Below, in pieces: positions 1-10,390 of a stretch of 64,000 nt of DNA; position 1 is the first letter of the stretch; every line of letters begins with the position of its first letter. Under the pieces are notes generated by a model, which saw nothing but the letters and a program-made list of their open reading frames with translations, searched no databases and was not told the DNA's origin. Position numbers and translations under genes: made by a program. Source of the DNA: Thermoanaerobaculia bacterium. GTDB taxonomy: Bacteria > Acidobacteriota > Thermoanaerobaculia > Multivoradales > J023. The stretch spans positions 468,613 through 532,612 of the forward strand of contig JAUIJL010000006.1 of NCBI GenBank assembly GCA_030431255.1, written 5' to 3'.

Positions 1-727
1 GGGCGAGCTGGTGGCGGATCTGTCGCGAGCGGCCGGGGATACCCAGCATCCGCTGATGCAGAAGCCCGACGCCGATCGGTCGGCGCTGATCGTGGTCAGC
101 TCCAACCGCGGATTGTGTGGTGGATACAACGCCAACGTCCTGCGTCGAGCCACGGCGCACATCGATGGTCAACCGGACGGTCACAAAGTGGACGTCCACA
201 TGATCGGCAAGAAAGGCGCGAGCTTCTTCCGCTTTTTGGGCCGTGAGGTGACCCGGCAGATCACCGATTTGGCCGACGATCCACGCTTCGATCAAATTGA
301 GCCGATCGCCAACGAGCTGATCCAACAATTCGTCGACGGCGAGATCAGCTCGGTGAATGTGGCGTTCATGTCCTTTGAGAGCGCCGGGCGTCAATTCCCG
401 TCGGTGGTCCAATTGTTGCCTCTGCAGCCGTTGGAAGACGGTGGTGGCGAAGGCGGCGGCAAGTCGGTGGAATACGAGTTCTCGCCCAATCCGGAAGAGC
501 TTCTGGGTGCTTTGCTGCCGGCCAGTGTTCGCATGCGGCTCTTCCAATGCATCATGGAAGCCGTGGTCTCCGAGCATGTCGCCCGAATGGTGGCGATGAA
601 AGCGGCGACGGACGCGGCGGGCGACATGATCAAGTCGATCACCCGTGAATACAACCGGGCTCGCCAGACGCACATCACCATGGAGCTGCTCGACATCATC
701 GGCGGCGTCAACGCCCTTGAAGGCTAA
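1..727 (+). CDS. atpG: F0F1 ATP synthase subunit gamma (5' end outside window)
   Basis: Frame of ORF 11..727 is open to the window edge. Translation has the gamma core SSNRGLCGGYNANV and the conserved C-terminal helix ITMELLDIIGGVNALEG. It lies directly upstream of atpD. Confidence 0.9.
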   Translation, partial: GELVADLSRAAGDTQHPLMQKPDADRSALIVVSSNRGLCGGYNANVLRRATAHIDGQPDGHKVDVHMIGKKGASFFRFLGREVTRQITDLADDPRFDQIEPIANELIQQFVDGEISSVNVAFMSFESAGRQFPSVVQLLPLQPLEDGGGEGGGKSVEYEFSPNPEELLGALLPASVRMRLFQCIMEAVVSEHVARMVAMKAATDAAGDMIKSITREYNRARQTHITMELLDIIGGVNALEG

Positions 728-746
728 GGCGGCCCTCAAAGGCTAA

Positions 747-2249
<1,503 letters not shown>

Positions 2250-2352
2250 TCGACTGGGCGTCCGCACGACCTGCTCGCCGGGCCTGTCCGGTCGAGCGGG
2301 TCGAGCCGGCGCCGATCCTCGATCGCCGGTTTGACACCACAAAGGAAAGACT

Positions 2353-2763
2353 ATGGCCAACGACACATTCCATTGCTCGATCGTCACCCCCGAACGGGCG
2401 GTGTTGGAAACCGAGGCGAAGATGGTTTCCCTGCCCGCCCACGATGGTGAGATGGGTATTCTGCGCGGTCGTGCCCCGCTGCTCTGCCAGCTGGGGATCG
2501 GTACCTTGCGGGTGGAAAGTCCGGAAGGTACCGAGGTGTTCTTCGTCGACCGCGGTTTCGCCCAAATGGTAGAGAACAAGCTCACCGTGCTGACCGAGCA
2601 AGCTCGGCGCCCGTCGGAGATCAACCGGGAAGAGGTTCAAAGATCTCTCGAAGAGGCGCAGGCCATGGATCTCAAGGGCTCTGAGCAAATGTGGGATGAC
2701 GAGCGCCTCATGGCGATCCATCGCGCGCGGACTCAGATCAAGCTCAAAGACAAGCACGGTTGA
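2353..2763 (+). CDS. atpC: F0F1 ATP synthase subunit epsilon
   Basis: 136-aa ORF right after atpD. The N-terminal pattern CSIVTPERAVLETEAKMVSLPAHDGEMGILRGRAPLL is typical of F1 epsilon. A GGAAAG RBS-like run precedes the ATG. Confidence 0.9.
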   Translation: MANDTFHCSIVTPERAVLETEAKMVSLPAHDGEMGILRGRAPLLCQLGIGTLRVESPEGTEVFFVDRGFAQMVENKLTVLTEQARRPSEINREEVQRSLEEAQAMDLKGSEQMWDDERLMAIHRARTQIKLKDKHG

Positions 2764-2975
2764 TCCTAGGATCCATCGCGCGGCATGGTCCGCAACGACC
2801 CGGCCATTCGGACTCGTCGTCCGATGGTCGGGTTTGTTTTTGGATGGGAACCACCGGTAAGTGGGGATACGAAGGCTCGAATTGGGGGACCAGCGGTAGC
2901 CGACCGTGTTCTCCTGTGTGCTACCATGCGTTCGGCTCACAGGCCAAACCCCAGTCGATTCAAGAGGATATCGGA

Positions 2976-4322
2976 ATGACGAAGCCGCAAGTGTCTGCTC
3001 GATCACGGCGTGCCGTGCGCACGGCCTTGATTCTCTCGTTGGTCGGACTGGCCATCGGTCTTTCCATCCATTTTGGAAATACCGACGAGATAGTGATCAG
3101 ACAGGTGCGAGCGACAACACCCTTCCAACCGCAAATGGCTGCGACTCCAACCCAGCTCGAGCCGGAGATCGAGATTTCCGACGCCCAGCTGCCGGAGCCC
3201 TTCTCCCTGGGAAAGGGCGAAACCCTTGGTCAATTGTTGCGCGGGTTGGGTATGTCGGGTCAAGAAGTGCACGGGGCGGTGATGGCCTTGGCTTCGGAGA
3301 TCAATCTTCGGAAGGTGCGCGCCGGGCAATCGGGTTTGGCTTATTACGACGGTGAGGGATCTCTCAGCTCATTGCGGTTGGAGCTCTACCGTCGCGGGTG
3401 GCTGACGCTCGACAAGCGGCAGGGGGATTGGACTGCGTCGATGAAAGAATTCGTCCGCAGTAGCCGTCGGCGCAGCATCGAAGGCCGGTTGGAGTCCTTC
3501 CTCTTCAACGATATCGAGCGTGCGGGAGGAGTGCCGGCGGTTGCCATCGCCATGTCGAACGTCCTGCAGTGGGATCTCGACTTCAACCGGGACTTGCGCA
3601 AAGGCGATCACTTCGGAGTGCTCTACGAAGAATCTTTGCTCGACAATCGATTCGATGGAATCGGCCGAATCTTGGCTATGACCTATGAGAATCGCGGCGT
3701 AACCCACGAGGCTTATCTTTTCGGGGAAGAGGGGGCGGAGGGCTATTACGACGCCGAGGGCCGGCCGCTACAAAAGATGTTCCTCAAGTCTCCGCTGCCT
3801 TTCATGCGGGTCACCTCGCGATTCAGCCACAGCCGCTTCCATCCCGTTTTGAAACGAAATCGCCCGCACTACGGAGTCGATCTGGGCGCGCCGCGAGGGA
3901 CGCCCGTGCGGGTAACGGCCACCGGAACGGCGACTTTTGTCGGCCGGCAAGGCGGTGCCGGCAAGATGGTCAAGGTGCGTCACCCCAATGGCTACGAGAC
4001 CATGTACTTGCACCTCTCAGGATTCGCCAAGGGCGTGAGCCGTGGAGCCAAGGTACGCCAAGGGGATGTCATCGGATTCGTCGGCTCCACCGGGCTGTCC
4101 ACGGGACCACACCTGGATTATCGGGTCAAGAAGAACAAGCGCTATCTGAACCCCCTGCAGCTCGAAAACCGGCCGGCGGAGCCGATCGACGAGCGGCGCA
4201 TGGGCGAGTTCATTGCCCAGCGAGATCGGCTTCGTGCCGCCTTGTTGAGCAGCTCGCCGGAACCTGGGCCGCGCCCCGATCGCGTGGCGAATGTGGCTCG
4301 ACCCGTTCGTTCCGCTCGCTGA
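2976..4322 (+). CDS. M23 family metallopeptidase with N-terminal membrane anchor and OapA/LysM-like region
   Basis: M23 motifs HYGVDLGAPRGTPV and GSTGLSTGPHLDYRV. Start moved to the ATG at 2976 (MTKPQVSARSRR followed by a hydrophobic helix), which has AGAGGA upstream. The ORF-track start at 2760 would add a non-protein-like extension overlapping atpC. Confidence 0.85.
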   Translation: MTKPQVSARSRRAVRTALILSLVGLAIGLSIHFGNTDEIVIRQVRATTPFQPQMAATPTQLEPEIEISDAQLPEPFSLGKGETLGQLLRGLGMSGQEVHGAVMALASEINLRKVRAGQSGLAYYDGEGSLSSLRLELYRRGWLTLDKRQGDWTASMKEFVRSSRRRSIEGRLESFLFNDIERAGGVPAVAIAMSNVLQWDLDFNRDLRKGDHFGVLYEESLLDNRFDGIGRILAMTYENRGVTHEAYLFGEEGAEGYYDAEGRPLQKMFLKSPLPFMRVTSRFSHSRFHPVLKRNRPHYGVDLGAPRGTPVRVTATGTATFVGRQGGAGKMVKVRHPNGYETMYLHLSGFAKGVSRGAKVRQGDVIGFVGSTGLSTGPHLDYRVKKNKRYLNPLQLENRPAEPIDERRMGEFIAQRDRLRAALLSSSPEPGPRPDRVANVARPVRSAR

Positions 4323-4360
4323 ATCCAAGATTTTCCATCCGTCATGTCGACCCTACGGTC

Positions 4361-6181
4361 ATGAGACGAGCTTGTAGTCTCGCCCTTTGCCTAGGGCTCG
4401 CTTTCCTCGGCTGCGAGGGCCCGAAAGCTCCTGAATCCTCAGACCGTGGCGCACGCTCGGTGCTCCGAACCACGGACGACCAGAGCCCACCAAACGTTCT
4501 GTTGATCGTGGTCGACACCTTGCGGGCAGATCGCCTGAGCTTCTACGGCCACGTTCGCGACACCAGCCCGGAAATGAAGAGGCTCATCGCCGACCGGGGT
4601 GTGGTCATGGAGCAAGCCTATGCCCAGGCTCCGTGGACGCTTCCTTCCGTGGCGTCGATGATGACCGGGCTCGACCCCGCTCGCTTCCTGGACGAGAACG
4701 GCCATCCGTGGGGATTGCCCGAAGGGGCCGTCACCCTCGCGGAGGTGTTGTCGGAGGCGGGCTACGACACGCGAGCTTTTGTCGCCAACCCCACACTTCA
4801 TGAAGGGAACGGCTTTGCTCAGGGGTTTGAGCATTTCGAAACCGCACCCTATGACGTGGCGTCATTGAGACTACATGCCGACAGCTTAGACGCCCGGATT
4901 CAGCCACAGCTGGAGAGCCTTCAGGAGCCGTTCTTCCTCTACGCTCACTATTTGGATCCCCACGATCCTTATGAGAACCCGGAGTTGGAAGACGGGAAGT
5001 CGCCGTTCTTTCCCGAGTACACGGGACGGTTGCGGGGAACAGATGTCCACGGCCTCTACTTGCGCAAGCTGGCGATGGAGGATCCGGAGCAAGACGTCAA
5101 ACATCTGAAGGCCCTCTACGACAGCGAGATCCGCTATGTGGATCGCTATATCGGCGAGATGCTCGGAGCCTTGCCCGAGGAGACGGTTGCCGAGACTTTG
5201 GTGGTGCTGAGCTCGGACCACGGTGAGGAGCTCTACGATCACGGCGGCTGGAAGCACGGTGAGAGTGTCTACCAGGAGCAAATCCGAGTACCGCTAGTTT
5301 TTCGCTGGGACGGCCGGCTGCCGGCTGGTCGCCGGGTCGAATCGACGGTCCGGCTGCTGGATGTCATGCCGACGGTGTTGGACGCCACCGGGCTGTTGAG
5401 TCCGGAGCTGGCCGAATCTCTGGAGGGGCGAAGCCTGCTACCGATGTTGGAAGGTGAAAGGGGGGAGGAGCTACCGGCATTTTCCCGGCACCACGCGGAA
5501 GGCCCGGTGCGGATCGCGAGGATCGAGAGCCGAAGAAAGACGATTCTCTTCGATCGCGAAGCCGAGTTTCAGGCGGAGACCGAGCGTCAGAGCATCTTTT
5601 TAGAGCTGGGTCGTGAGCGGATGCAGCGGCTCGAGGTCTATGATTTAGCGTCGGATCCGGCCGAAACGAGCAAGCTTGCAGGGGACGGAGCTGTCCATTT
5701 CGGCGGGAAAGAGGTTTGGGAAGGGATCGATCCGTATGTCGATGGGCTTCGAATCTTCGTGTCCGGCTTGGAAGGCGGCCGTGTACGGGGTCGTATTCAG
5801 CTCGAGCGCCCACCGGAGAAAATTCAGCGCTGGTTCATGGGTCCCGAGGATAGGGTGCAGCTACATGACCGTGAGGTCACCTTCGACTGGCTGGGGGACG
5901 GAGTCGACAAAGGTATCAGCATCGAGGGTGCGCTCGGCAGCGTCCGTGACTTCCACGTCGAAGCCGGCGAGCTCGAGATGAGCATTCTCTGGGCCGGATC
6001 GAAGGGCGAGGTCACGATGCCCCTGGGCCTTCGCCGCCTGCTCACCGATCGGCCTCCGATGCTCGAGGTCGACGGCCCGTCGGTCAGTCTCTGGACTCGG
6101 GAAGCCCTTAAGGGGATAGGAGACGGAGCACGGGACGAAGAGACCTTACGCCGCCTGAAGGCATTAGGGTATACCGACTGA
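4361..6181 (+). CDS. Sulfatase-like alkaline-phosphatase-superfamily hydrolase/transferase, probable lipoprotein
   Basis: Lipobox-like LAFLGC near the N-terminus and the sulfatase-fold first motif NVLLIVVDTLRADRLSFYGH. The position equivalent to the C/S-x-P-x-R formylglycine motif reads WTLPSVASMMTG. The 270-aa C-terminal domain is unrecognised. Confidence 0.7.
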   Translation: MRRACSLALCLGLAFLGCEGPKAPESSDRGARSVLRTTDDQSPPNVLLIVVDTLRADRLSFYGHVRDTSPEMKRLIADRGVVMEQAYAQAPWTLPSVASMMTGLDPARFLDENGHPWGLPEGAVTLAEVLSEAGYDTRAFVANPTLHEGNGFAQGFEHFETAPYDVASLRLHADSLDARIQPQLESLQEPFFLYAHYLDPHDPYENPELEDGKSPFFPEYTGRLRGTDVHGLYLRKLAMEDPEQDVKHLKALYDSEIRYVDRYIGEMLGALPEETVAETLVVLSSDHGEELYDHGGWKHGESVYQEQIRVPLVFRWDGRLPAGRRVESTVRLLDVMPTVLDATGLLSPELAESLEGRSLLPMLEGERGEELPAFSRHHAEGPVRIARIESRRKTILFDREAEFQAETERQSIFLELGRERMQRLEVYDLASDPAETSKLAGDGAVHFGGKEVWEGIDPYVDGLRIFVSGLEGGRVRGRIQLERPPEKIQRWFMGPEDRVQLHDREVTFDWLGDGVDKGISIEGALGSVRDFHVEAGELEMSILWAGSKGEVTMPLGLRRLLTDRPPMLEVDGPSVSLWTREALKGIGDGARDEETLRRLKALGYTD

Positions 6182-6307
6182 CGGGGTCTGAATGTCGGCA
6201 GAGGCTCCGATCTGTAGATACAAGAAAGCCCGCTCGAAAGCGGGCTTCTTCAAGGGGCACGTCCGATCGATGGATCTGGATCGGCCCGTGGTGTCAGGTC
6301 GATGGGG

Positions 6308-6724
6308 TCAACCGTTGTGGACGGCCTTTTCCTTCGGATCCTCAACCTCGATCTCGACGTCGTCCGCTACCGGTGCAGTTCCCGAGACCTGGCTCCTCTT
6401 GAAGGCGATGAACGCCTCGACCTCGCGACGCGCATCGGTCGGCAGGCGGTTTAGGTCGCGCATGATCTGGACGTCCCGGGGGGTCAACGCTTCTTTATTG
6501 ACGTCGTCGAAGAACTCGCTGATGCTGACATTGAATTCCGAGAGAATTCTGAACAGGGTATCGAGGCTCACTCGATACTCACCCTTCTCCATTCGCGAAA
6601 GGTCGGATTGTTGAATACCGATTCGCGACGCGAGCTCGGTTTGGGTCAGCTTGCGCTCTTTCCGCATTCTCCGGATCCGCGGACCGATCAGCTGGACCTG
6701 TCGGATCTTGTGAACGAAAGTCAT
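6308..6724 (-). CDS. XRE family helix-turn-helix transcriptional regulator
   Basis: HTH_3 signature RMRKERKLTQTELASRIGIQQSDLSRMEKGEYRVSLDTLFRI. Confidence 0.85.
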   Translation of the reverse strand: MTFVHKIRQVQLIGPRIRRMRKERKLTQTELASRIGIQQSDLSRMEKGEYRVSLDTLFRILSEFNVSISEFFDDVNKEALTPRDVQIMRDLNRLPTDARREVEAFIAFKRSQVSGTAPVADDVEIEVEDPKEKAVHNG

Positions 6725-7077
6725 GGGACGCCTCCATCTCCTGGGCCGAATCTCCCGGATTTAGTCCGGGCTTGACATCTGAGCTGCCCGTGCTGAGCAC
6801 CGGCTTATGGACTTGAGCGGAATCGAATCTTCAATGATACGCTCCCGCCGTTCGGCGATCCGCCGCAGCCCGTTCGCGGACCCGATTCCCTCGAGTCTCC
6901 TATGTTCCTGAGGCCTTGGCTTCTTCGGGCCGTAATTCCCAGAAGCCGCTCCTTACGTCAAGAAGGTGTGTGCTTCAGATAGCAACTACGGTGCCGAGCC
7001 GATCCAAAATGTTATGGCATACTCCCATCGCTGTCAAGCTGCTATAGCCTGAGCGCAAAGCCCTTACCCCACTGCTG

Positions 7078-7848
7078 ATGATCCGATATCTATTCCTGCT
7101 CAAAGAATTCGTGCGACGTGACTTCGAAGGCCGCTACGCGGGATCGATGCTTGGTTTCCTCTGGTCGTTGCTACAGCCCGGCTGGCAGCTCCTGCTATTT
7201 ACCTTCGTGTTCTCCACAGTGCTCAAAATCTCGTTGCTCGGCGAACGAACCGAGAGCTTCGGCATCTTCTTATTCTGTGGTCTTATGCCATGGTTGGCCT
7301 TTCACGAGGGTGTCTCCAGATCTTCGACGGCGATTACCGAAAACGCCAATCTGGTGAAGAAGATCCACTTTCCCGCTGAAATCTTGGTTCTATCCGTGGT
7401 CTTGGGTGGTGTCGTGCACCAGCTGATCGCGTCCGGTCTCTTTCTCGCGGTATTGCTGGTGGTCGGGGAATTTCACTGGAAGGGCCTGCCTCTGATAGCG
7501 CTGGCACTACCGATTCAGATTGCCATGACCGTGGGCCTGGGGTTGATCGTCGCCACCGCCAACACGTTTTTCCGCGATGTGGGGCAGCTGCTGGGCATGG
7601 TGCTGATGGGCTGGTTCTATTTTACTCCCATCGTCTATCCCCTGGATCAGGTACCGGAGGACTACCAGCAGATGCTTCTAGTCAACCCGATGACAGCCTT
7701 GGTAGATCTGTACCGAGAAGCTTTTTTGGGTGGGCACCTTTCCGCGGCCCGCGGCTTGACCTGGTTGACGGTGACCGCCGCCGGCGTGATGGTCGTGGGT
7801 CTGTGGCTGTTCCGGAGGATGAAGCCTTTGTTCCCGGACGAGCTCTGA
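7078..7848 (+). CDS. wzm: ABC-2 type polysaccharide/polyol-phosphate export permease (Wzm/TagG-like)
   Basis: 256 aa with six predicted helices. N-terminal LLKEFVRRDFEGRYAGSMLGFLWSLLQP and NANLVKKIHFPAEIL are characteristic of ABC-2 glycan exporters. Confidence 0.85.
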   Translation: MIRYLFLLKEFVRRDFEGRYAGSMLGFLWSLLQPGWQLLLFTFVFSTVLKISLLGERTESFGIFLFCGLMPWLAFHEGVSRSSTAITENANLVKKIHFPAEILVLSVVLGGVVHQLIASGLFLAVLLVVGEFHWKGLPLIALALPIQIAMTVGLGLIVATANTFFRDVGQLLGMVLMGWFYFTPIVYPLDQVPEDYQQMLLVNPMTALVDLYREAFLGGHLSAARGLTWLTVTAAGVMVVGLWLFRRMKPLFPDEL

Positions 7849-8024
7849 AGGGGCGACACAAGCAGCGGTAAAACTTCCGAAAAACGCCATGCGAAATCAA
7901 CATGGGCCTATGTTTCGCGCGTAAGATCCGGCTCCCATCCACGAAGTCCACGCTCAGGCGAGCGGCGCGGATGCGGCCTATGGGCTCAAGTCGAGCCCAG
8001 CCCAGATTTGAAGGAGAGATTCGA

Positions 8025-9728
8025 ATGCAAGCGAGAAGAGAACATATCCAGCGCCTTAGCGTTTTCGGTTGGGCGGCGATCGGCGCGCTGTCCTTGATCT
8101 GGCTGCCCGCGTCGTTCGCTCAAGACGCGGACGAAGCGGCCGCAAGTGCCGGTGATCAAGCTGCTGAAGAGCAGACCACCGCGGAGAGCGCCGAAGAATC
8201 CTACGACTGGATTATGGACGAAAAGCGCGGTCGCCGCTATCGGGTTGAGCGCATTCCCAAAGTAGAGAAGACGTTCCGCTACGTCAGTGAGGATCGGGTT
8301 CGTTTTCCCGGAGGCGCGGTCTTTGAGGTGGTCGACGTGGAGGAAGATTGGTTCCATGTGAAGGTCTATGAGCGCCTGCCCAACAAAGTCGCGCCCACCC
8401 CTCCTCCCGCTGGACCCAGCGAAGAAAAGATCGCTGCCGTAGAAGCCGCCTATGCCGCCGATGTCGAGCTGGTGAACCGTCTCGGATTTCAGCCTTTTGA
8501 CAAGGGGCTACCGGTCAGCGGGCAATGGCGAAACGGCTTCGACGTCGCGGACATGAACGGCGACGGTCATTTGGACATCATCTTCGGACCGGCCCGAAAA
8601 GGACGCTCCACCCCCAACATCTTCCTGGGGGACAGCGCAGGAAATTGGCAGCGTTGGAACGACGTTCGCTATGCACCCGCGCCCTACGACTATGGCGCGG
8701 TGAAGGTCGGGGATCTGGACGGCGACGGTCACCTGGACATGGTCTTCGGCATCCACCTACGTGGCATGTTCGCTGCTCGGGCCGACGGTAAAGGTGGATT
8801 CGAGCCTTGGTCCGAAGGCATAGAGATCGATATGCCCGGGGCCGGCGGAGACGCCACTTCCTTTTCGTCTCGGGCCCTGAAGCTGGTCGACTGGAATGGT
8901 GACGGCAAGCTCGACATCGTTGCCCTGGGGGAAGGACCGAAAGGTCTGAAGACCCAGAAGGACAGGAGAGGTCAAAACCAACTGATCAACACCGCCCGAG
9001 GCTTCTTGGTCTACCTCAATAATGGGGACGGCACTTGGAAGGTGCATGCCCAGGAGCGAGGAGACAACCAACGAGCCAACTTCGGCGACAACTTCGCGAT
9101 CGCCGATCTCGATGGCGATGGGCATTGGGACTTGGCGACGGTGACCCGTCAGCTGGGTAGCAAGCTGGTGCTCGCAGAAACGGACGACACCACCATCAGC
9201 TATCGACAGGTTGAGGCCGTTCGTTCGAAGGCATTCGTCGACGCGGTCGAATTTGCCGACATCGACAAGGACGGGCACCAAGATCTGATCCTCAGCTATC
9301 GCAACCACGAGCTAGAAACCTGGCGCTCCGGAATCGACATTCTTTACTACCAAGAAGGCGGTGATTTCCGCCGGGAGACCCTCTACGCGGTCGAGGGTCG
9401 AACCAATTTCGGCGCGATCGCAAGCGGTAACCTCAATCAAGATAAACGGGCCGATATCGTCGTCGGAGACAACGAGGGAAATCTTTGGATCTTCCTGTCC
9501 GATGAAGAGAAAGGATTCGTCTTGGAGGGTGCTAAGGAGCTGAGCCAGAAGCGGGACGGTTGCCGCGCCTTCGATATCGCTCTGGTCGACCTCGACAAGG
9601 ACAACTTGGACGAAATGATCGTCGGGTTTGCGGGTGAGCCGACGGGCTATCCAGGGTTCCCCAATCTGAGCAAGCCGGGTTGTGTTCGAGAGGGATCGAT
9701 CCGGGCTTGGAAGGTGACCGCCAACTAA
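8025..9728 (+). CDS. Secreted FG-GAP/VCBS repeat protein
   Basis: Repeated calcium-binding-type motifs DMNGDGHLDIIFG, GDLDGDGHLDMVFG, VDWNGDGKLDIVALG, ADLDGDGHWDLA, ADIDKDGHQDLILS and NQDKRADIVVG. Start set at ATG 8025 (AAGGAGAG RBS, signal peptide ending SFAQD). Confidence 0.8.
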   Translation: MQARREHIQRLSVFGWAAIGALSLIWLPASFAQDADEAAASAGDQAAEEQTTAESAEESYDWIMDEKRGRRYRVERIPKVEKTFRYVSEDRVRFPGGAVFEVVDVEEDWFHVKVYERLPNKVAPTPPPAGPSEEKIAAVEAAYAADVELVNRLGFQPFDKGLPVSGQWRNGFDVADMNGDGHLDIIFGPARKGRSTPNIFLGDSAGNWQRWNDVRYAPAPYDYGAVKVGDLDGDGHLDMVFGIHLRGMFAARADGKGGFEPWSEGIEIDMPGAGGDATSFSSRALKLVDWNGDGKLDIVALGEGPKGLKTQKDRRGQNQLINTARGFLVYLNNGDGTWKVHAQERGDNQRANFGDNFAIADLDGDGHWDLATVTRQLGSKLVLAETDDTTISYRQVEAVRSKAFVDAVEFADIDKDGHQDLILSYRNHELETWRSGIDILYYQEGGDFRRETLYAVEGRTNFGAIASGNLNQDKRADIVVGDNEGNLWIFLSDEEKGFVLEGAKELSQKRDGCRAFDIALVDLDKDNLDEMIVGFAGEPTGYPGFPNLSKPGCVREGSIRAWKVTAN

Positions 9729-9756
9729 GGAAAGGGATCGTCCGAGGCACTCCCAC

Positions 9757-9788
9757 CCGAAAGCGCCGGCGCTGCCCGGCGCTTTCGG
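9757..9788 (+). terminator. Hairpin terminator after the FG-GAP gene
   Basis: Perfect 13-bp inverted repeat CCGAAAGCGCCGG/CCGGCGCTTTCGG with a 6-nt loop, 29 nt after the stop. The downstream T-run is weak. Confidence 0.55.
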
Positions 9789-9888
9789 CATTTATGCTTC
9801 TGGCTTCATATGAAGTGCCCATGAAAAGGGTTGTCCCCAACCACCGAGGTTCGATACGGTGCGGCGCTCAGTCGGGAGCCGGAACCTA

Positions 9889-9918
9889 TTGACAAAATAG
9901 GGTGTGGTGCCATATTCT
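9889..9918 (+). promoter_or_regulatory. Candidate sigma-70 promoter for the 446-aa secreted protein gene
   Basis: Perfect -35 TTGACA (9889..9894) and TATTCT (9913..9918) after an 18-bp spacer. This is the only consensus-grade -35 in the 660-bp intergenic region. Confidence 0.4.
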
Positions 9919-10390
9919 GTGCTGGTTCATGCTGAGATTAGGCTCCCAAAGGCTGGGTTTTGAGAAATTTACGACGATTTTTCGCAATCTGAGCCCTGCG
10001 AAGGTTGCCTATCCGTGGCGACTTTGGGTACACTGCCAGCTCGCCGACGGAAAATGAGCCGCGATCTCCGGCAAGCCATCTCAACGGGTAGCTTGGCGAC
10101 TGCAAATGGAGACGGTGGCCCCCTCGGCAGAGAATTTGAAAATTTGACGGGTTCTGAGCGAATGCTCATAGATTCACGACCGAAATTTCTGGGAATTCCC
10201 AAGACTTTTAACAGGAGGTGAGTGCCCGCCACCCAGAAGGAAGCAAGTTCCTTCGAATTGTTTAGAGAGTCCAACACCGTTTGTTGGATGATCTCGCCCC
10301 GATAAGTTGAAGGGCGAGATGTTAGCGCCCTAAGTTGAGACGGCCATCTTGTTTGCGCCGTCAACTAAATTGCTAGGAGTTAAATCAGAG

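Noticed and set aside
2760-2975. N-terminal 72-codon extension of the M23 peptidase ORF, overlapping the atpC stop.
   Set aside because: The extension has no protein-like features. The internal ATG at 2976 has an RBS and starts a basic segment plus membrane anchor.
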